DNA of 64,000 nt from Candidatus Parcubacteria bacterium (GTDB lineage Bacteria; Patescibacteriota; Minisyncoccia; Phycocordibacterales; UBA918): assembly GCA_046050355.1 (NCBI GenBank), contig JBJOPW010000001.1, positions 67,858 through 131,857 on the forward strand, written 5' to 3'. The notes below the pieces were generated by a model. It searched no databases, was not told the DNA's origin, and worked only from the letters and a program-made list of their open reading frames with translations. Position numbers and translations under genes: made by a program. Below, piece by piece: positions 16,390-24,570 of this stretch (positions are counted from its first letter, which is position 1; each line of letters begins with the position of its first letter).

Positions 16390-17916
16390 CTACTCGACCA
16401 CAGGTATGTCTATAGGGGAAGCATCAGGTGTAAATGGAGTTACTACGAGGTCTGGAATGGCCGCCACAGGTTCTGATACAACTTCAGTTACCACGGTTGT
16501 TTCAGTGAGGTCAAGGGTGAGGCTCGTAGTGGTTGCAATCACCTCGGTACTAGTCGCGAGGTTGAGCTCTAAATCTGGTGGTGTACTCGAGGCATTACCG
16601 TCAGGATTTGCTGCTGCTTCAAGGCCATCTTCTTCGGTTGGTGACTTAGTTGATAGCAACGCTCGAGTCTCGCCAGTAGTATCTGGACTCGGAATCTCAT
16701 CTGGCAGTGGCGCCGGTTCAGCTTCAAAAGAGGTAATTTCACCGGTGACAAGATCGTATCCGCGAGTTTCGATGTCACCATTCTCCATCGCCGCATCGTA
16801 GACAAGGACCATACGTGGATTTGAAATAGTGCCACCGTTATCATCACGAATGGTCATGAAGGCTTTTGAGTTCAGGTCATATACCTCGATAGTTTTTTCG
16901 TTGTACTGGACTCGGTGCCATACCACCAAATTATTCCGTATTACCGGTGCGAGATTATGCTCACTTGTGTTCGTCAGCTGCGTAGCTGTCTCGCCGTCAT
17001 ATAGCATAATCTGCCAAGCATCATTATCCCAGTATTGCCAAACAATGATATTGTCGGCACGGAACGGCTCCATGTTGTTGGTGCTCGTATCGGTGAGCTG
17101 ACGCTCTTCACCTGAAGCCATATCATAGACAACAATTTGATAGCGCTCATCAACTAGACGGTGCCAAACGAGACTGTCGGAAGCTGGGTCATAGTATGGG
17201 GAGGCATCGTCAACCGTGTTGTAGGTAATCTGTTGGAGGCCGTCATTATTCTTGAGATAAATTTCAAGGTCACCATCACTATCGGGGAGCGAGAACAGGC
17301 CTTGTTCGTCAGCAGCTGGAACTGTCGTTGTCGCGAGTTGGCAGTAGAAAGAACCGTCCTCAACCGCGAGACAGTTGTCTTTACTGAACTGAATCATTTG
17401 GTCACTCTCCACGGTCAACGTTGGCGTGGTTGGATCAGTGCTGGTAGCGGTTGTCGTGCCAGTTTGTTCGGTCGATGTCGCAACAGGCAGGTTAGTTGTA
17501 TCGGTAGGTGGTTCTACTTCCCCGCTTGCAGGAACATCAAGAACACCGGCATCAGGCGGTACTGGTGTAGGATCTTCCTCTGTTGCTATTGGTGTATCAG
17601 GTGGTGGAGATACATCAGGCGATGGCTCGTCGGCCGGTGCTGTTGCTTCACCAGACACTACTTCTGCTGGCGATTCGGCTCGGGTAGAAAACTCTTGCTG
17701 GATAGTCGCCACCGCTTCATCGGTTATCGTAACAGGTAGATTTGGCGCCGGTTCAGGCGGCGACTCGTTTGCATACGCTCGCTCGACAGTTTGGAGTAAG
17801 AATGAACAAACCAGCACCACCACAAAGAGCCGTACTAGTGCACGTTCAAAGACAAATCGATACAACAGGGGTGTACCTGGTGGCGACGATGATCTATTGG
17901 CTGGTAATTGTTTCAT
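16390..17916 (-). CDS. Secreted protein with Pro/Thr/Glu-rich linker and repeated beta-strand (propeller-like) units
   Basis: N-terminal TM/signal. Repeats include LVWHRLVDERYQIVVYD, IIVWQYWDNDAWQIMLYD and LVVWHRVQYNEKTIEVYD. Confidence 0.5.
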   Translation of the reverse strand: MKQLPANRSSSPPGTPLLYRFVFERALVRLFVVVLVCSFLLQTVERAYANESPPEPAPNLPVTITDEAVATIQQEFSTRAESPAEVVSGEATAPADEPSPDVSPPPDTPIATEEDPTPVPPDAGVLDVPASGEVEPPTDTTNLPVATSTEQTGTTTATSTDPTTPTLTVESDQMIQFSKDNCLAVEDGSFYCQLATTTVPAADEQGLFSLPDSDGDLEIYLKNNDGLQQITYNTVDDASPYYDPASDSLVWHRLVDERYQIVVYDMASGEERQLTDTSTNNMEPFRADNIIVWQYWDNDAWQIMLYDGETATQLTNTSEHNLAPVIRNNLVVWHRVQYNEKTIEVYDLNSKAFMTIRDDNGGTISNPRMVLVYDAAMENGDIETRGYDLVTGEITSFEAEPAPLPDEIPSPDTTGETRALLSTKSPTEEDGLEAAANPDGNASSTPPDLELNLATSTEVIATTTSLTLDLTETTVVTEVVSEPVAAIPDLVVTPFTPDASPIDIPVVE

Positions 17917-18037
17917 TCAAAAGGGACTTTCAAAGCTGAAAGCTCTACGTTGTCCCATCCAACATATAATACCAGTCCTTTGTCAATGATGTTTTTTGCT
18001 TATCAACAGCTAAAAAATAATCTAAATACTGCGCCGA

Positions 18038-18793
18038 TCAAGACTTCGATCGAAAATAATTAGCGAGAAGGATTGAAAAGTCTTTGAAGGTCATAGCCCC
18101 ATCATTATTAAAATCGTAGCGGTTGTTCTGCTTTACCCATTCCGCCATAAATATACTGATATCGTCAAGTGAGACTTTTCCATCAGCATTCACATCGCTG
18201 ACAAGGAGAACCACTGCTCCGGCTTCAAGTGTCCCATCCGTACTTTCGGCAATTTTAAGTCTTAACTGACTCTCTTCCCCGATTTTTGCGTTAATTTCGG
18301 TCCCCTTGCCATCACCTGCCAGTAGGTTGGCTTCGGTGGTTGAAAACACAATTTCCCCAGTAGCACGAGCTTTGGCTCTTATGGTGGCGATAAGGTGTTT
18401 ACCTACAAACCCTTTGCGGTATGTCCCACCTTCGAGTAAAACCGCTCCATTTTCAACTCGCGGCTCACTTGTCCAAAGCGTAATTACTGACTCACCGCGG
18501 TCAATACCAAGTACTTCAATTTTGTCTTCAGGATACGCAATGCTCAGTGAGACAGCATTGACCGGTGTGTTTGCAACTGCATAGACAGCGATAAAGAATG
18601 TCTCATCTGGAGCACTTTGTGATTGTTTGGTTTCAAGTATAATTGATGATTTTGAAGAACCAACTACTGAAGCGAAACTTGCTACGACCATGAGAGCGAA
18701 CAACCACGAAAACAGGTAGCGTACCGTTGTGGTTGATGTGCGGCTTCGCCGAGCGTGTATATAGGCTACAACTAGCTGCCATAGTTTGATCAT
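18038..18793 (-). CDS. Cohesin-like domain plus C-terminal dockerin (adaptor-scaffoldin-like), N-terminal anchor
   Basis: Cohesin-like FFIAVYAVANTPVNAVSLSIAYPEDKIEVLGID...LLAGDGKGTEI. Dockerin duplicated Ca-loop DVNADGKVSLDDISIF...DFNNDGAMTFKDFSILL. ATGA start/stop overlap with the upstream gene. Confidence 0.65.
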   Translation of the reverse strand: MIKLWQLVVAYIHARRSRTSTTTVRYLFSWLFALMVVASFASVVGSSKSSIILETKQSQSAPDETFFIAVYAVANTPVNAVSLSIAYPEDKIEVLGIDRGESVITLWTSEPRVENGAVLLEGGTYRKGFVGKHLIATIRAKARATGEIVFSTTEANLLAGDGKGTEINAKIGEESQLRLKIAESTDGTLEAGAVVLLVSDVNADGKVSLDDISIFMAEWVKQNNRYDFNNDGAMTFKDFSILLANYFRSKS

Positions 18794-19467
18794 AGTGATT
18801 GCAGTTCGCGTCTGGTTGTTTCAATTTGCTGCATGCGCACCGTCATATTGTTCTTGAGATCAGTGACGGACTTGAGCGTATTCATAATCTCTTCAGAGTC
18901 ACGACTCTTCCCTGCCAAAAGGGCTAAAATAATATCACCCTGCAACTCAACGAGTTGCGTGAAGTCCGCTGCCATAGTAAGTTCATCTTCAGCGATTCGT
19001 TGCCAAAGCGCTACACGATTTGTCTTCTCGTCTTCAGTTTCAAGAATGCGTGAGCGGAGCGTAATGTATTCATCATACACAGTCACTTCTCGTGCTAGTC
19101 GAGCTGCCATCACTGACTTTTTGTCGGCAAAATACCGACCACAGGCAAAAAACAGTCGGTCAAGCTCACTCAGTTCTGGCTTCGAAATTGAGGCAGATAA
19201 TTTGTCGAGTAGCACCTCAAAACGTTGACGTTCTGTTGGCTGACAGTCGACCACAATACGTTCGGTAATTTCATCAGCTTCATTGCGTTTGGTGAGGTCA
19301 GCTATCGTAGCCAAAACCAGTTCTTGTTCAGCTATATTTGCTTTAAGCGCTAGACTAGTTGAATCAAGTTTTTCACGAACAACTCTATTTGTGTAGATAG
19401 AAATTACCCACAAAAGGAGCCCGATACCAATAGCGAGTAGAGCTAGCTGGCGAGATGTTACATGCAT
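18790..19467 (-). CDS. Hypothetical membrane-anchored coiled-coil protein
   Basis: N-terminal TM LALLAIGIGLLLWVISIY followed by helical, charged sequence. No family recognised. Confidence 0.45.
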   Translation of the reverse strand: MHVTSRQLALLAIGIGLLLWVISIYTNRVVREKLDSTSLALKANIAEQELVLATIADLTKRNEADEITERIVVDCQPTERQRFEVLLDKLSASISKPELSELDRLFFACGRYFADKKSVMAARLAREVTVYDEYITLRSRILETEDEKTNRVALWQRIAEDELTMAADFTQLVELQGDIILALLAGKSRDSEEIMNTLKSVTDLKNNMTVRMQQIETTRRELQSL

Positions 19468-19477
19468 ACAGTAAGAA

Positions 19478-21193
19478 TTAGCGAGTTAAGGTGGTTACGT
19501 CTGATACTTCTTTTTGTACAATTTGCTCTGCTGATTTTAACACGGTTCTTATATCTGTAATAAGGGCACCTTCGGTCGCTGTCAATTTACCGGTTTTGCG
19601 GCTACGAACAATATCCGCTTCGTGTGCATGCAGCAGTTCTTCAATAACAATAAATTGGGCATGAAGCGCAGTACCAACTTCACTACTTTCACGGTTAAGG
19701 AGTACCCGGAAGCGGCGATACCGTGCCAAGAAGTAAAAACTGCCGAGGGTAGCCAGTACGAGCAGGGCAATCAGTGGAATAATGACCGAGAGCACATCAA
19801 TCAAGAATGAACCGATTCGTACGAGACCCATAGGTTGTACAACAAATTGGACGGGGTCAGAAATACCACTTTGCGCACCAAACTCATCATGTGCAGCAGC
19901 CGTGAGGGCATAGACGCCTTCAGTGAGAGCGCTGTTCGGGATAAAACGAAACGTACCTGTTTCGTCACTCTTTACCTCGTAGATAGCTGGCTCTTGTCCA
20001 GTCTTCGTGAGGGTTACGGCGACTGTAGCATTTGGTCTTGTGGTACCAAGGAATACTGGGATGACACCGGTACTGATCTCGGTTGGCACATCGCTAAAGC
20101 GTGGTGCTTCAAATGATTCAATCTCGAACGTAAAGGTTGAGACCGTGCTGTTGCCGGCGGCATCAACCACTTCTACCACCATTGTTTGGCGACCGGGAGT
20201 CAATTTCTCGAGTTTTATTTCATTTTTACCTTCTTCATTTTTGTACTCAACTGGTGCAGCGCCATTGAGTTGTACCCTAAAGACTTTAATTGGTGAGCCA
20301 TTGGTATCAGTAGTTGATGCTACGACAATTTGTGTCGGATTCGCCAGATTGCTATCGGGTTTGAGGCTCAACACCACATTTTGGGGAGCGTTAGTATCAA
20401 CCCCGAGACGATAGTGCGCTACCTTGCCCCACCCCTCGGCATTTTTGAATTGGATATGGAAATACGATACCCCTTCATCGAGATCAGCAAGGGTAATCTC
20501 TTTGATAGGACTATCATAGACTTTGGTTGGTATGGCAGTCGGAGATTCATCAAGTGCGGTTCGTACAGCGACTACATCTCCCGGTAGTGTCCAGCGGAGA
20601 ATAGCGGTCTTGTCTTTTGACCAGCCGGCTGGGTCGCCATGGGTATCGGAGGTTATCTTTGGAGCCGCTGGTGTATTGGCTGGTGGTACGTATTCAACAA
20701 TGGTTTCGGGGGCTGGGGTCTCAGTGGCAGCAGAGATGGTATACGCACCACTCCCCATACTCGAGAGCACATTGGTCCCGCGACCATCAGCCGCTAGAAC
20801 AGAGCCACTACCAAAGGTGACACGCGCTGCTCCAGATCCCAGGGTGCGGAAGGTGATGTTCATCACTGTTCCTGACCCACCAGTGTAGCCGGTCGGCGTA
20901 CCACCGCTAAAGTTAATCGTACCAGCACTATTAGAGTAGGTTGGTTCGGTGGTCCAGAGATTAAAGATTGAACTACTGCGGGAAACCGACACTACCTGAA
21001 GCGCTTTATTATCAAAATTAATCGTGCCATCAGCGGCATTAATGGCAGCTCCTTTAGTATCAACCGCCACGCGCACAGTAAAGGTACTGCCGCTGCCATA
21101 GACACCAGTAGCTGGTGACATATTGAGAGTGGCCGCTAGAGCGAATGAACTAGAACCAAAGAGCGCAAGTAGTATAAGGAGACGACTAAACAT
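19478..21193 (-). CDS. Cohesin-like surface protein with Ig-like domains, C-terminal TM and a ~100-aa cytoplasmic helical tail (paralogue of 56211-57755)
   Basis: ATLNMSPATGVYGSGSTFTVRVAVDT...LWTTEPTYSNSAGTINFSGG...VLAADGRGTNV. Start set to the ATG at 21193 (MFSRLLILLALFGSSSFALA), right after the upstream stop. Confidence 0.65.
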   Translation of the reverse strand: MFSRLLILLALFGSSSFALAATLNMSPATGVYGSGSTFTVRVAVDTKGAAINAADGTINFDNKALQVVSVSRSSSIFNLWTTEPTYSNSAGTINFSGGTPTGYTGGSGTVMNITFRTLGSGAARVTFGSGSVLAADGRGTNVLSSMGSGAYTISAATETPAPETIVEYVPPANTPAAPKITSDTHGDPAGWSKDKTAILRWTLPGDVVAVRTALDESPTAIPTKVYDSPIKEITLADLDEGVSYFHIQFKNAEGWGKVAHYRLGVDTNAPQNVVLSLKPDSNLANPTQIVVASTTDTNGSPIKVFRVQLNGAAPVEYKNEEGKNEIKLEKLTPGRQTMVVEVVDAAGNSTVSTFTFEIESFEAPRFSDVPTEISTGVIPVFLGTTRPNATVAVTLTKTGQEPAIYEVKSDETGTFRFIPNSALTEGVYALTAAAHDEFGAQSGISDPVQFVVQPMGLVRIGSFLIDVLSVIIPLIALLVLATLGSFYFLARYRRFRVLLNRESSEVGTALHAQFIVIEELLHAHEADIVRSRKTGKLTATEGALITDIRTVLKSAEQIVQKEVSDVTTLTR

Positions 21194-21194
21194 A

Positions 21195-22223
21195 TTAGTT
21201 AATTTCAGTGACCTCAGCCTCGGCACTCACCGCGGAAGCCTGCTTTTGGCGGCGGCGTCGACGCCAATACCAGACTCCAGCGAAACTGAAGAGGACAAGC
21301 GCTACTCCAGTGGCTGCAGCCACTGCCAGCGTTATTGGTGAAAAGCGACTGATATGAGCGTTTTGTGGGGCCAAAGTAGCAATGTATTCATTCCCCGCTT
21401 TATCAACGGCGCGCACGCGGATAGTACTCTTGAGTGACTGATCAGTGAGCACATATGGACTGCGTCCTTCCGTCCACACTGTTGTGGCCGCACCAAAGGT
21501 AAAGAGTCTCGTGTCCTCAACCGGTTCTTCGATTACTTCATAGTGACTCATGCCACTTTGTTTGTCGGTAGTGTTAAAGACAATATAGTACTTCTTTTCA
21601 AAAGCATAGTCGTCTTTCTCGAGGGTAATAGAAAATTCTTCGGGCGGGATATCATCATCTGCAACAACATCTCGCCACTCATCGATAATAGTAGACCCAA
21701 CAACTTGATTGAGCGTCAATTCTGCCCCGAGTGTTTGGAGCGCTGCTTCAGTCCCAAAACCATCATTCAAAAAGGCGCGTGTTTCTGGATTAAATGTCAC
21801 CGTTCCAAAGGGAGCGACCTCCCCACCACCAACGGTGAGACCGGGAGCACGAAATACAATCTGGAGTAGTGTATTAGTGAGTCTCGGATCACCATCAACA
21901 CGCCCACAATAGCCATTTGGAATACCGCCAGCAAATGAGATGGTGCGTGCATTTTTGTCAATCACTGGCTGTTCCACCCAAATTGGAAATATTGACTGGC
22001 CAATTGAAATATCAACCGGATTTATAGCCTCGTTGTAACTAATCACCCCATCAATAGCATTAATACATTCATCTTCAGCTTCGTTCGTATCTAGTCGCAC
22101 TGAGAGTGTCACTGAATCACCACGATTAAGTGTTGGTCGCGGCGGGTCAAGGTACAAGGTGGCTGCTGACACGGAATCAGCCACCAAAAACATACACAAA
22201 AAGAGAACGAGTCGGTAGACCAT
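21195..22223 (-). CDS. Cohesin-like surface protein with Ig-like domain and C-terminal TM anchor
   Basis: AATLYLDPPRPTLNRGDSVTLSVRLDT...IDGVISYNEAINPVDISIG...ISFAGGIPNGY. TM LAVAAATGVALVLFSFAGVWYW followed by RRRRRQ. Start set to the ATG at 22223 (MVYRLVLFLCMFLVADSVSA). Confidence 0.55.
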   Translation of the reverse strand: MVYRLVLFLCMFLVADSVSAATLYLDPPRPTLNRGDSVTLSVRLDTNEAEDECINAIDGVISYNEAINPVDISIGQSIFPIWVEQPVIDKNARTISFAGGIPNGYCGRVDGDPRLTNTLLQIVFRAPGLTVGGGEVAPFGTVTFNPETRAFLNDGFGTEAALQTLGAELTLNQVVGSTIIDEWRDVVADDDIPPEEFSITLEKDDYAFEKKYYIVFNTTDKQSGMSHYEVIEEPVEDTRLFTFGAATTVWTEGRSPYVLTDQSLKSTIRVRAVDKAGNEYIATLAPQNAHISRFSPITLAVAAATGVALVLFSFAGVWYWRRRRRQKQASAVSAEAEVTEIN

Positions 22224-22270
22224 ACTTGTAGTATACAGAATAGAATCATACAAAAACGGCTTTTTACACA

Positions 22271-22306
22271 AACAAAAACTCCCCGTGGTGGGGGAAGTTT
22301 TTGTTG
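22271..22306 (-). terminator. Intrinsic-terminator-like hairpin after the 402-aa surface-protein gene
   Basis: Minus strand: acaaaaacttcccc-caccac-ggggagtttttgt then ttgtgt. ~14-bp stem with one bulge and a U-rich 3' arm, 29 nt after the TAA stop. Confidence 0.5.
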
Positions 22307-22334
22307 TATTACTCCAAGCTTGGACCAATATTCT

Positions 22335-23489
22335 TTAGAACACTGGGGTTGCTACGTATGTCAGCGTAGCGTTGTAGTCGTTCCCCGCTTCCTGGAGCGG
22401 AGAAATTTCAACCTTGTAACCAACGCGGGTACGACCAATATTTGGTGTAACTCCGTCTGATGGTCCATTGTGTCGAAATACTTCAACCGGTGTGGTCGAG
22501 GCAGAAACAAAGCGCTGCCCGGTTCCTCCGGCATCAAATGGATCGGTGAGACCAGCGGTGAGTGAGGCGTCTTCTGTGGTTAGACCCCAGTGACCCCACG
22601 TATTCTCATTACTGATTGTCCCGGTTGGTGGATCCCACGCCACTGGCGTGTTAGTGTACGCACCATCAATAAATCCATCGATATCAGCACCCGTTGAAGA
22701 GAGCAACTGCTGATCAACTTCTACTGTTACCGCAAAGCCGTAACTCGCATTTGTTGACACAGACAATTGCTGAGCTGATGTCGTGGCTGAACCCTGTGTC
22801 AAAACTCCAAATGGAATTGAGGTAGCAGAGGTCGAGCCAGTAATTGCTTCTTGGTTAACGGTACCGGTAGCGACACCACTTACCGTAAAGGTAAAGCTCG
22901 TGTCAACAGCGGCTGTAACCACGACTGGTGAAATGATCGCTACTCGAGTAGACCCACTATCTACTGAACCAGCAGTGATGTCAATCTCGTATGAGCCGAC
23001 AGCAGGGTTGGTCAATTGAGCGTTACCAGTGGCACCAAAGGTGGCATTGGTTCCGATCTGAATAGTGGTAGTGCCATTAGCCGGTAATGAGGCACCATCG
23101 CCGGGACAGAACTGGAGCGTAATGGTGTTGGTAGTTGTTGAAAAACCAACTTCATCAGATCCTCCACATCCGTTCCCAACAGACAAATCTGTTCCATCAT
23201 CAGTGATATCTACATCGTCAAACGCGACTGCTCCAAGAGCGAAAGGCCCGTTAGAGAAATTGAGGACAATAGATTCACCGTTTGCTACGCCAGTAGGTGT
23301 AACAAAACTGATGGTGTGATTTGATGGCACACTCGGGGCTGAATCCGAGAGCGTATCACTTACTAATCTGACATTTGCGGCCTCCGCAAAGCGGAATGTT
23401 GGTAGACCCAATGACCATAACAAAATGGCAAGTCCAACAACAGAAGCCAGTGCTTGGAGTAGTCCGAACGTTGAATTCGTTCTACTCAT
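22335..23489 (-). CDS. Secreted surface protein (384 aa from the ATG at 23489) with WxL-like C-terminal module; candidate abundant surface subunit
   Basis: Signal MSRTNSTFGLLQALASVVGLAILLW. N-terminal motif SDTLSDSAPSVPSNHTISF. C-terminal half aligns with the 2,053-aa C-terminus (FG..L...L.V.TNA..G) and ends YNATLTYVATPVF. The ORF-track start at 23543 is a TTG. Confidence 0.7.
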   Translation of the reverse strand: MSRTNSTFGLLQALASVVGLAILLWSLGLPTFRFAEAANVRLVSDTLSDSAPSVPSNHTISFVTPTGVANGESIVLNFSNGPFALGAVAFDDVDITDDGTDLSVGNGCGGSDEVGFSTTTNTITLQFCPGDGASLPANGTTTIQIGTNATFGATGNAQLTNPAVGSYEIDITAGSVDSGSTRVAIISPVVVTAAVDTSFTFTVSGVATGTVNQEAITGSTSATSIPFGVLTQGSATTSAQQLSVSTNASYGFAVTVEVDQQLLSSTGADIDGFIDGAYTNTPVAWDPPTGTISNENTWGHWGLTTEDASLTAGLTDPFDAGGTGQRFVSASTTPVEVFRHNGPSDGVTPNIGRTRVGYKVEISPLQEAGNDYNATLTYVATPVF

Positions 23490-23500
23490 GACTCTACGTT

Positions 23501-23529
23501 GTATTAGCCAGGCGCTGCTGCGAGAGCAA
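23501..23529 (-). promoter_or_regulatory. Promoter-like TTGCTC-N17-TAATAC, 11 nt upstream of the ATG at 23489
   Basis: Minus strand: TTGCTCtcgcagcagcgcctggcTAATACaacgtagagtcATG. Confidence 0.35.
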
Positions 23530-23790
23530 AAGCAATGCAGCAACGTGACTCGCGACCGTCATCGTTCACAGTGTGGTCTCCACCCCACTTCTGTATAGAC
23601 GAGCGACAGGCATACTAATGCTGTAACAGTGGCTGTTCTGTCCTAGCATTCCATTGTGGTGGGAGCTAGCAGTATCATTAAATAGATACCTCCAAACATT
23701 AGTACTCATTCATTGTAGCTTGCGCGTGTCAGCAAAAGAGAAACTTATACACAAAAAACAATCTCAAGTTTACCAACTATACAGACGATG

Positions 23791-23819
23791 TTAGAAATTT
23801 TTATACAAAATGATATAGT
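23791..23819 (+). promoter_or_regulatory. Promoter TTAGAA-N17-TATAGT, 6 nt upstream of the HD-gene ATG (leaderless geometry)
   Basis: TTAGAAatttttatacaaaatgaTATAGTatatcaATG. No SD. Confidence 0.45.
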
Positions 23820-23825
23820 ATATCA

Positions 23826-24419
23826 ATGCCAGATTTGGATTCACTCCTTGAGTTTACACGCCTGATGTCAAAGCTTTCAACTACTGAGCGTTTTGTTAAC
23901 AAAATCGGTACTAATACGCGTGAGAATTTCTCAGAACACTGCACACAACTTGCTTTTACTGCTTGGTACCTGATTGAAAAACATAAAATGTCGCTGGCTA
24001 TAGAGAAAGTTCTACAATACGCTCTCATACACGACATTGTGGAAACGTATACCGGCGACTTTCCCACCCATTTACCTAACTGTGACCGACAGGAAAAAGA
24101 ACGCCGAGAACGTGAAGCCTTTGCATGTATCAAACAAGATTTTCCCGACGCTACAAGTTTATGGTTACAATACGCGCAATATGAACAAAAGATCGATGCC
24201 GAAAGTAAGTTCGTTTACGCACTCGATAAACTACTACCAGGACTTAACATTTATTTAGACTCAGGCAAAGCCTGGGCTGAGAGGGATCCGGAGAATAACA
24301 CTTGGAGTTTCGATGATCTATCAAAACGGGTAGCACACGATCAGTTAGTTTCTCAGCTATGGGAAGAAATTCGGACTCGAATCTATACAGAACATCCAGA
24401 GTTTTTCTCCCAGCCGTAA
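23826..24419 (+). CDS. HD-domain phosphohydrolase (YfbR-like 5'-deoxynucleotidase family)
   Basis: RENFSEHCTQLAFTAWYL...ALIHDIVETYTGDFP (H...HD...D metal-binding pattern). Confidence 0.75.
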   Translation: MPDLDSLLEFTRLMSKLSTTERFVNKIGTNTRENFSEHCTQLAFTAWYLIEKHKMSLAIEKVLQYALIHDIVETYTGDFPTHLPNCDRQEKERREREAFACIKQDFPDATSLWLQYAQYEQKIDAESKFVYALDKLLPGLNIYLDSGKAWAERDPENNTWSFDDLSKRVAHDQLVSQLWEEIRTRIYTEHPEFFSQP

Positions 24420-24471
24420 AAAAATGTAACATATACTGTCGTCAGTAAAGAGTTCGCCAAATGACCCTAGA

Positions 24472-24549
24472 TTCGAGGCGTGCGAGGAAATTGTTGTGAG
24501 CCGTACTGGCTGTACGGTGAACTGCAATTTACCGAAGCACAACAAAGAA
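24472..24549 (-). repeat. 3'-flank element copy L2 (hairpin CCGTAC-agcca-GTACGG)
   Basis: The box (+ strand caacaaag, 24540-24547) ends 23 nt after the TAG stop at 24571. Hairpin at 24501-24517. Confidence 0.65.
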
Positions 24550-24570
24550 GATAGGGTTAGTTGGTGGACT

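Noticed and set aside
17929-17944. Small hairpin ctttca-aagc-tgaaag after the 251-aa gene, and the AT-rich pairing ttttttgc...gctaaaaaa (about 17985-18020), as terminators.
   Set aside because: The stems are short and AT-rich and lack a convincing following U-run. This is too weak to annotate.
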